NCBI GenBank assembly: GCA_051294905.1 | Contig: CM119372.1 | Coordinates: 11,596,001 to 11,660,000, forward strand | DNA: 64,000 bases | DNA from: Botryllus schlosseri | Lineage: Eukaryota | Reading direction: 5' to 3' | Part shown: positions 55,266 to 64,000 of the stretch, in pieces | Layout of the letters: every line of letters begins with the position of its first letter | Numbering within the stretch: position 1 is the first letter of the stretch | Position numbers and translations under genes: made by a program | Notes under the pieces: model-generated | Told to the model about the DNA's origin: nothing | What the model saw: only the letters and a program-made list of their open reading frames with translations | Database searches by the model: none

Positions 55266-56711
55266 TAGGGAATCTAGGGATGGCGTGAACGTTTGAAAGG
55301 TTCAGGTTCGTGTGATCGCGAACCTTGTTTAAAGGTTCTGTGTGAACGCGAACGTGAACCTCATGACGTCCGGTTACGTCATATTGCTAATTCCAACCCT
55401 ACATTTCAGTGAAGTGATGGCCTATATCAACGTACAGTACACTATATCTAGCGAAGTCTCTGGCCACATATTGCCACAATGCTGAAGTACATATTGACGT
55501 TTTAACCATCGCTAAATTTATCAACTGGGGCAATCAAATGATATAATAATCCCATAAAATCAATATCTTCCGCCGCTTTGCCAACAATTTCGACGACGAC
55601 TTGCAAGAGAATATAAGCTCACGCATAAACGGTTTAGGCCAGACAGGACAATGTATTCGGCGTCTGAGTATTGCTACGTTGATATTGAGCAGAGTGTAAA
55701 ACATCTTTCTATACTTGCTGCCTATATTATGCCCAGTGGTGGCTTTGGGGGTGGGCGAGGTGGGCGGTCGCCCAGGGCCCCCCTATTTCGATTATGCGCT
55801 TTTTTCAATAAACATGGAAATACGCGTACCAAGCAAGAATATGATTCCGCGCAGATGTGTCAATCATCATCCAATCTCTGCATTTGTTAGAAAAGTCTCG
55901 TATCCCGATAATCATCACATCTCTGCATGCGGTAGAATTACTTAGTTTTGATGTCGTCTACCCTCGCACACATGCAATAACAGACATGGCCGAATCCAGC
56001 ACCTGGCCAAACCTGACCGGGGTGGAAGATAGATAATAATGAGAGATGCGAAAGGGGGGTCTGAGGGGTGAATCCCCCCAGAAGTTTCGGTTGGATACTT
56101 AAAGAATCCCCCCGGTTAGTCTCGCCCAGCCCCCCCCCCCCGTTCGTAGGGCCACCACTGATTGTACCATTAACAAGTTATACAGCAGTAGCCAATACTT
56201 AAATCGCACGGATTTACTTATTATGATACAGTAAACCTATGAAGTCAAGCTTGACCCCGTACGCTGGCTAGATTTTTGTTACATCAGAAAACGATATCAA
56301 TTTAATTGATTGATTGAATTAGCATAATTCTCTGACTACATGTGATGTATTTCGCTTTGGATTATGCGTAATTACAAGTCCATCTCACAGCAGAGAGTAA
56401 CTAAATATTCACAAGCGGAAATCTGGATATTTCGAGCAAACTTTTGCAACAAATAAAGTAAAATCTTTGGATTGTCAAGGTGCATGCTTGTTTGGTGTTG
56501 ATTTTTTATGCTGCCAGCACCATGCAGAGTGGCCCGCGGTTGAAATGCAATAAATTTCATACAAAGATGTTATGATGAAGTGAAAATTATAATATATGAA
56601 AAAGGTTCACAGTGCAGAACCTACCAAGGTTCGTTTATGAACGTGAACCTCTAAATTTGTGAGGTTCACACACAGAACGCGAACGTGAACCTCACGTTCA
56701 CACCATCCCTA
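55266..56711. mobile_element. GTGAAC-repeat hAT-type element with nested Tip100-like MITE (55734-56160)
   Basis: Termini TAGGGATGGCGTGAACG / CGTTCACACCATCCCTA, TSD ATAGGCAG. Inner CAGTGGTGGC / GCCACCACTG. Confidence 0.8.
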
Positions 56712-57210
56712 ATAGGCAGTCAGAGAATGATCCGCGACTGGGAATATTGATATATTGCTTATAACTTATTGGTTATAGCCTTTTAAGTTTTGTATCGCAA
56801 TGACTGTAAAGTTGTCTAAGTCTTTTCTGAAGTGTTGGAAATGGACCTTAAGCAATTAGGTGCCGTGTCACTTGAATATCGCCTGAATATACCGGCGTTA
56901 TTGGCAAAGGCGATGGATATAGGTTTTACTGGTATCAGCAGAAAAATCCGGTATCGGTCGGGCTCTAGTCTTGAGTGTCCTACATTGTGTTTATAATTGT
57001 TGTAACAACGAGGACATTTGGGCGTCCTCGGTGGACGTTTTTGATTTCCTGAAAAAAACAGAACAAATCTTCTCAAATGAGGATGTATGGTAAGTGGTAA
57101 CCCTATTACAGTTTAGCACCTACGCACAATGACAATATATGATGTGTACTGTACACAACACATATTTATCCGCATCCTCATCGGAAAGGAAATAATTGAT
57201 TGAAACCGTC

Positions 57211-57465
57211 GGTTGTTGTTGTTTGTTGTATTCATGATGTTTTCTACTACTATGGTCATTTACAGCAGGGCAATTTTCTTCATTTTTCCTCTGTTGCTGC
57301 CAACTTGTAGCAAGGCCCACTTCTAGGCTTTTTACAAGATACCGCTAACACGGATGAGATGGCGAGGAGGAGCGTAGATAAACCTCCAACATTAGGTAGG
57401 AATTCTGGAGTCGACCTCGAACCCGCAACCCAGTGGTGTTGCGGACACAATCGGTGGCGTACATG
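57211..57465 (-). mobile_element. Second, more diverged copy of the tRNA-derived SINE
   Basis: Shares CTACTATGGTCATTTACA..GGCCCAC.TCTAGGCTTTT..GGCGAGGAGGAGC..GTCGACCTCG with 12391-12664. Confidence 0.8.
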
Positions 57466-57898
57466 TCGTGTCACTGTGAAATGTTTCGCTTCTCTATAGA
57501 ATTGCCGGCGACGGGCCTACACCCAGGGCATGGTATGGTATGGCATGGTATGGAGGTATGGTATGGTATGGATCGATATTTTGGTATGGAATATGGAACA
57601 ATGCAAGTATGGTATGGAATGGAAGATCTCAATCTATGGTATGGAACGACATTTCCATACTTCCATACTTTGATGTTTTATACATTTTATCGTGAACTGT
57701 GCAAGCTTCATTAAGCGTACGTTGTTCGCTGTTCACGGAATGCGATCGCTTTTGTTATGTGTGAACGTGAACTATTGAACGCTGTGTAGGAACGAATACA
57801 CGCTTGTGCAACGGTTTTAGGAGCACATGGAATGACATGATATTGTGATGTAATAATGACAACAGTAATGTTGATCCTATATTCTATTGAGTCTAGAC

Positions 57899-59161
57899 CA
57901 GTGCTCTTCAACCTTTTTCGACGTGGTACACCCTTTTAACGTTTGCTCAAAACTCGTACACCCCTGTTCATTAGGGGTCTTCAAAAATGACTTTTTTCCT
58001 CAAATCGTACTGGCTACTTGATAAAATTGTTAGGTTACCTAACTTAAGCCTACACACCAGATTTCGTTCAATTCCAACCAGTAGCCGCATGGCTACGGAA
58101 GAAGAAAGTTTCTACTTATAACATAAAAATAAATACCGAAAAATGTGAAATTTTTCTGTTCACCCCATGAAAGTATTAGGTTGTCTATGAAAATGATGCT
58201 CTTCAAATTTGGTTCAATTCCAACCAGTAGAAGCGGAGTTATTGCCGTCAAAAAATTTGGATTTGAATAAAATAGTATTTGGTCACAGAGTCTATTCACA
58301 GCCAGTTAGGCCGCCCGCCACGCAAATTGGAATTTATTTCGTGTCAGCCCCAAAACAGCATGACATTACGAACGATAATCAACCTAAATGTAACAGTATT
58401 GGGGAGAGAGTAGGTAAAGCTACTGCTGCAGAAGCGGTAATTCAGATCAGCGATGATAGCAGGCGCACCAGCCTACTGCGTATCAGGCTTGCCCCACACC
58501 ACACACAGTCGATAGTAGCACATGGGCTGCAAGAGATGTCAGTAACCTCAGATCGTATGCCGCTATACACAGTCTATTGTCGCTAATTTGCATCACTAAT
58601 AACAAAATACTAAATTACAAATGTATGGCGAAATATTGGACATAAAATCGGCATTTTAAAACAAAAGGGTTTCGATTTCAACATGGAAGCTGTTTCGACC
58701 CTGGCTGGCTACGTCACTTCATTTATGTGCATTGCGGTATTTATTAACGTCGGGTAGGAAGTACCGATTCATGAAGTCTGAGCTATCGCGGCGGTTTCCT
58801 CAAAAATCACTAAAAGACAAATGACTACCTGTACACATGTTTGTTAACTGCATACTTTCCAACACCAAACGGAACCATTGGTCTATTGCCGACGGCTAAA
58901 TGAATAGAAATATTTGCTTATGACATCACAATCAAGCGGTGTACAGTATTGCACTTGAGATAACACCGTACCATATTGCTCATTAACCTGTGCGTCGACC
59001 TGTACTGACCCATAAACCTGTCTTTGTGACAGCTAGCCATCGGCTCATTGTAATTCGGCTCTGGTACACCCCTGTACACCCCATCCGAGTGGTACACCCT
59101 TTGCAAATTCTGGTACACCCTAGGGCCTAGGGTGTACGACAACCCCGGTTGAAGAGCACTG
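57899..59161. mobile_element. hAT Charlie-like element carrying a solo arm of the foldback MITE (57972-58285)
   Basis: Perfect TIR CAGTGCTCTTCAACC / GGTTGAAGAGCACTG, perfect TSD GTCTAGAC (NTCTAGAN Charlie target), GTACACC repeats. Confidence 0.92.
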
Positions 59162-60768
59162 GTCTAGACACGACGTGACCGAGCATAGTCTATCATGTGA
59201 CGCAATAATTGGTAATGTAGGCTACTCCAACTACCTCATTCCTTGAGTGACGACAGCTTACAAGCAATCATGAAACAACGTACTAAATTTGGGGTACCAT
59301 ATTTTTGTTTTACGAATTCCGGACGCTCTTCAGCGCCCACTAGCGGATTTCAAAAATGAGGTGTGAGCGCATTGTCGATCAATATGACGTCACGCCAGCA
59401 ACGCTTTGTCTATCGACTAGAGGTGGTCGCGATCCGGTTCAGGAGTATGTGGTTGTGTATTGTATGTTGTAACATGGGCCGAAGCCACGTAATTTCAGCC
59501 CATTCCCGCCAAAATAAACACTGATCTTGGGCCCATCGTAGGGTAGTCGATGCAACTTCTGGGGGCTTACTATATGCATCTGGTCGTTAAATGATTTGAA
59601 TCAATTGTGTCAATAATGTTGGATCTTCCATATATTACTGTGTAATTTTAATCCTCTCTCCGCCCACATAATCAGAGTCAGCGGTAGAATGGAGCTGCTG
59701 TAGGATGGTGACTTCGAAAATGCAAGGGGCGTAATTGTACATCGTTAAGTCATGTTCATGTCACGCCGATAAGATTATTTATCAGCCTAATGCGTGTGTG
59801 CACTTCACCACTGAGATCTATAAACACCGCACATCCGGTGGTTTCCAACCTTTTATGGTCGCGAATCCATTTTTAATTTGAAAATGTGCCGTGACCCAGC
59901 TCAAAATTTGATGAGCTGATTACTAATTAAAGGTCGGCACATTTGCCCAGACTTACTCACAGCCTATTTTGGAAGCTAATTACGTACAACATCTTCGCGA
60001 GCCCCAGAATAAAGGCAAACTACCCCCAGGTTTAGAGCCACCATATTTGAATAAAGCATCCAAACGACCTAAAACGACTACTCCATGAATACCGTTATCT
60101 TGTAATTGCGATTACAATTAGACTTCTTTTTGTAAATGAATGTTATTTTTTCTATATTTTTTGATCACAGTTTTTGCGAGGGCGGTAGTCCCCATATTAA
60201 AACCAATATACATGATACTAAATCGCGCGCAGCGCGAAGAAAAATTTCATGTAGCAAAAATCTGCCAAAAATAGTCTTGTTTAGGTTGATTTACAGAAAA
60301 AAAATATGAGCTTATACTTCAAGCCTTCAAAATTCCGGACATTTAGGCATATTTTAGAAATTCCTCCCGGACGCAGTTCTAACAGTGAAATTCCGGACAT
60401 GTCCGGGAAATTCCGGACGTATGGCAACCCTATACTAAATGCTCAATGTGATTGATATTTACATTTCTTCTGAAACATTGTCCGCACATTTATACTATTT
60501 ACATACCGAGATATCTTATTGGTCATATTTCAAACGCTCTCGCATTAGGATTATATAGATCAGGGAGTGGGGTAGATATAGTTTGAAATCACGCTAACCC
60601 CAACCAAGTACTGTACTAATGATCACGCAGATCGCTGCAGTATTGATCGCCTGCAGCTGGGATATTTTATGGGTACGCCTCTATTATAAATTATTGTGCG
60701 AATAGTTACTTCAAACTTGCATGTGCGTCATGCCAATGTACCGGAAATGTGATGATATTCTTATGGAG

Positions 60769-61363
60769 CAGGGGCGGGCAACTTCTCAAGTTGGCGGAAC
60801 GGATCTAGGAAAATTAGGAACTTGGCGGGCCGGATTACTGAATGGGTAAATTATTCGCCCATATTTTCAGGGAATAAATCGTATTTAATGAATGTATTTT
60901 ATCGACAGCAATGTCACTTCAAAGTCATTTCTTGCCGATAATGACAATACAATGTGGATTTGAGAACAGCGTTATACAGGCGCCGCAATGTCTGCTCCTC
61001 TCTGATCAACTAACTCACGATGCAATCCTTAATTAAGATTTCAAAGCGTTTGATAAGCCCGGCACCCAAAATTTACCAAGATATCAATTCATTAGAGTTG
61101 AGTGCATCGTAAATGCCGATAATGCAAATCTTCTCGCTTCGACTAATCTACGCGTAAGCTCCACTCTCGCACACTGCGCAGTGCGCACACCTATATAATA
61201 ACATACAGTCACTAAAATTTGACGTTTAGGCAAGTGATGGGGGATCTCGGCGGACTGGGGCCACGGGCCACATTATCATGTAAGACGGAAAACTGTCCGC
61301 TGGCCGGACAAAATCTTGTTGCGGGTCGCATCCGGCCCGCGGGCCGTATGTTGCCACTCCCCT
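60769..61363. mobile_element. hAT Charlie-like MITE
   Basis: CAGGGGCGGGCAAC / GTTGCCACTCCCCT termini, GCGGGCCG repeats, TSD TTATGGAG/TTATGGAC. Confidence 0.75.
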
Positions 61364-62786
61364 TTATGGACGGTCCTAGATAACAATCAACTGACTATCT
61401 CATTTTGTTCGTGGAAGTTGTAGAGTAGACGTACACGGCACCTCCCCACTGAACTAAACCTCACCAAAACTGACTCTGTAAAACTATTACCAGGAATTAG
61501 ATTCGCATCATGGCTAGTTTAAGCAATAACGACATCCGAAGTATCAATAATATGTGTGTTATAAAAGGTACTATACTTATGATATTGAAGTATGGAATAT
61601 GTATCAAGTATGGTATGGAACAATGTTGGTATGGTATGGAAAATTGCAAGTATGGTATGGAGAGAGTAAGGCAAGTATGGAGTATGGAAAATTCTCGTTC
61701 CATACCATACCATACCATGTCCTGCCTACACCACAATAGATTCTCGTTTGCATTGTGAGTATTAAAACGAATATCACAGCTGGAGCAATCTCATACACAA
61801 TAAAACTACAAGAGCAGGCGGACATTGAGCGCAGTCTTTATTCACGAACTTTTAAGAGATGAAAACCCAACATTGTTACTGTTAAACGCTCACGACGTCA
61901 TTCCTCTTTATTTCCCTTGGTAGCTGGAAAATAATTACAATAGTGAGTAAACGAAGATGCAACGGTCGTATAATCCCATATACTTGGAGTTATTCGGATT
62001 CATCTGATTAGAGTGGTTGTCGCGGTCGGCCTGTGTTCCGTCACCGCCATATCCAGATGAATATCCGTCATATCTGTGAAATTTACGGTGCTGTATTACC
62101 TATACTACATGAATCACGTGGTTCGTATTTGGACTATCATTTCATTTCTACTGCCGCAGTTTCCGAAGTCAAATAGCTTATTTGGTACTTTTACTTTTTT
62201 AAATACTGCCAAGTTGAAAGGAGAATTTAAGTGGGTTTGCATTACTTTTATCCGGGACATCGTTCTAACCATCATAGTATAGCCCCTATAATCCCAGATC
62301 ACCTGGCAAGGTTTCGCAATAATATACGCGCATCAACCCAGTTCAGTTTATAAATAATGTCATCATTTCAAATGACCACAATAATTTGATACAGCACTGC
62401 AGGACCATTGTCCATTATTAGTCAGTCACAATGATGCATTAAATTATAAATTTCTCTGCAACGTGCCAATGTTTCGGACGAAAACATAACTTACTATGTT
62501 TTCAATGTTTTTTATAACCGTTCATTTTCTATTTAAGTGAAGTTGTTTCGTCAATTTTTCATGTTTTGGAAATAATCACTGCATGTAACTAAATAGTATT
62601 TTAGGGTTGTTTCTGCTTTAGCTTCGTCAAGTCTTGATTAGAAACCGATATAGGCAAAACGTCATGAAAATACACGCTACAGCCAGAATAATACATTCAA
62701 AATTCAACCGCGGCTCTGAAAACTAGGTTATAGCCATTTAACCAGCTGCTCAAGTATTTCTATTCGATATTGCCTGTCCATATCAA

Positions 62787-63973
62787 CAGTGGCGTAGCAG
62801 CCACTTGGCGATTCTGGCTCTGCGCCAGGGGCGGCAAAATGAGGCTACACAGTGTACACGGCCGGCTAAAAGCAGCGTAATTGGCAGTACTATAGTTGGC
62901 ATGCCGTGAGCTAAAATTGAATCAAACTGGTCTCAATCGAAAGCTAGTGTCGCGCTGATTCCGAATATGTTAACCAATTGAACCACTCCAAAATAGCCGT
63001 CAAGACCGATTGTTCCTAACATTCAGAGCGTTGCAACACGATGACCAATTGACCATGATAATGGAAATTATATCGATCGATTGTTCGGAACAATGCCGAT
63101 TTTCAGACCAGCATTTAAATTGTATTTCCGGAATCAGGGCAACGATAGCTTTCGATTAAGATCAGTATTGTTAAATTTGAGCGCTCGTAGGGTCTGGCCA
63201 ACTATAGGATGACCAATGACCAATGGTTGTTCAAAAAAAACTTTTTTTTCCAAATCTCACTCGCCTAATGACTAAATCGTCAGGTTGTCGAAGAATACGA
63301 TGCACACCAAATTTGACTCAATTCCAACGAGTAGAGGCCGTGCAATCTTGAATTGAATTTTTTAATTTATTATTAAAAATTAAAAAAAAATTTCAAATTT
63401 TTCTGTCAACCCCATGAAATTGTTGAGCTGTCTTCAAAGACGATGCAAAACAAATTTGAGTCAATTCCGACTAGTAGAAGCGGAGTTATTCGAGTTTTTC
63501 GTTGATAATTCTCGGATTATCCTTGATCCATTGACCATTGACCAATTATGCTGCTTGTAGATGTCTCAGCAGGAGGCTTGTCTGGGAATTCAAGTGTGAC
63601 AACTAAGTGCCTATTTGTCCGTAGGTTACTGATAAATGCTCTGGGTTACGAATTGGTACAGCAGACCGAGATAGCTGTGAAGGTAAACCGGTCGTAGGAA
63701 CTGTTCAAGTCGGTAATAATTGTCTGATTGACAGATTGTGCTTAAATTTATACAAATGTTAATTAAGACTCGAAAATGAAATACATTCGTTCGCTATTTC
63801 TTGTCTTCATTATTTTTGGCTGAGACGCGGCATATTATTTGTAGTAATTGTTATTGAAAAAATTGCTTGAACATGAATCTATGTCGAAATTTGCTGCGGT
63901 CTACTTAGAGGGGGGGGGGGGGCGGCATTTTAAGCGAGAGCCAGGGGCGGCAGCACTTGCTGCTACGCCAGTG
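62787..63973. mobile_element. hAT Tip100-like non-autonomous element
   Basis: TIR CAGTGGCGTAGCAGC / GCTGCTACGCCAGTG, perfect TSD CATATCAA, CCAGGGGCGGCA subterminal repeats. Contains a diverged relative of the foldback arm (~63240-63490). Confidence 0.88.
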
Positions 63974-64000
63974 CATATCAATCTAATCAATGTTTCTATA

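Larger units (their letters stand above)
57524..61724. mobile_element. TATGG-repeat hAT-type element expanded to 4.2 kb by nested insertions
   Basis: Termini CAGGGCATGGTATGGTATGG / CCATACCATACCATGTCCTG, perfect TSD CCTACACC, (TATGG)n subterminal arrays at both ends. Confidence 0.88.

Noticed and set aside
57433..57714. WYGME-repeat ORFs (also 61497-61825)
   Set aside because: Translation of (TATGG)n subterminal repeats of a MITE.
63725..63734. Second TGATTGACAG decamer
   Set aside because: Lies within a transposon with no supporting motif cluster; it also shows such motifs can arise by chance.

Overview
AT-rich animal genomic DNA, most likely an invertebrate chordate such as an ascidian (inference from protein style, intron layout and repeat content; species not determinable by eye). 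The only host protein-coding gene I can support is a Hox paralogy-group-2 gene (Hox2/proboscipedia type) on the minus strand. It has three coding exons (27011-26123, 10425-10278, 9157-7567) that splice in frame at GT-AG sites into a ~875-aa protein with the PG2 N-terminal motif (RETGFINSQPSLAEC), a YPWM hexapeptide, a PG2 homeodomain split by an intron, and a very long C-terminal tail. No neighbouring Hox exon is visible in the 37 kb upstream or 7.5 kb downstream. The flanks are packed with DNA-transposon debris, often nested: many hAT-type MITEs with readable 8-bp target-site duplications, fossil Chapaev3-like (RAG1/Transib-related) transposases, a piggyBac remnant, a Penelope-like GIY-YIG fragment, tRNA-derived SINEs and a 663-bp near-perfect foldback element. 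I found no well-supported novel multi-gene system. The best leads are candidate retinoic-acid/TALE-Hox enhancers upstream of Hox2, an unusual homeobox intron position, the foldback element and the RAG-like transposase fossils.
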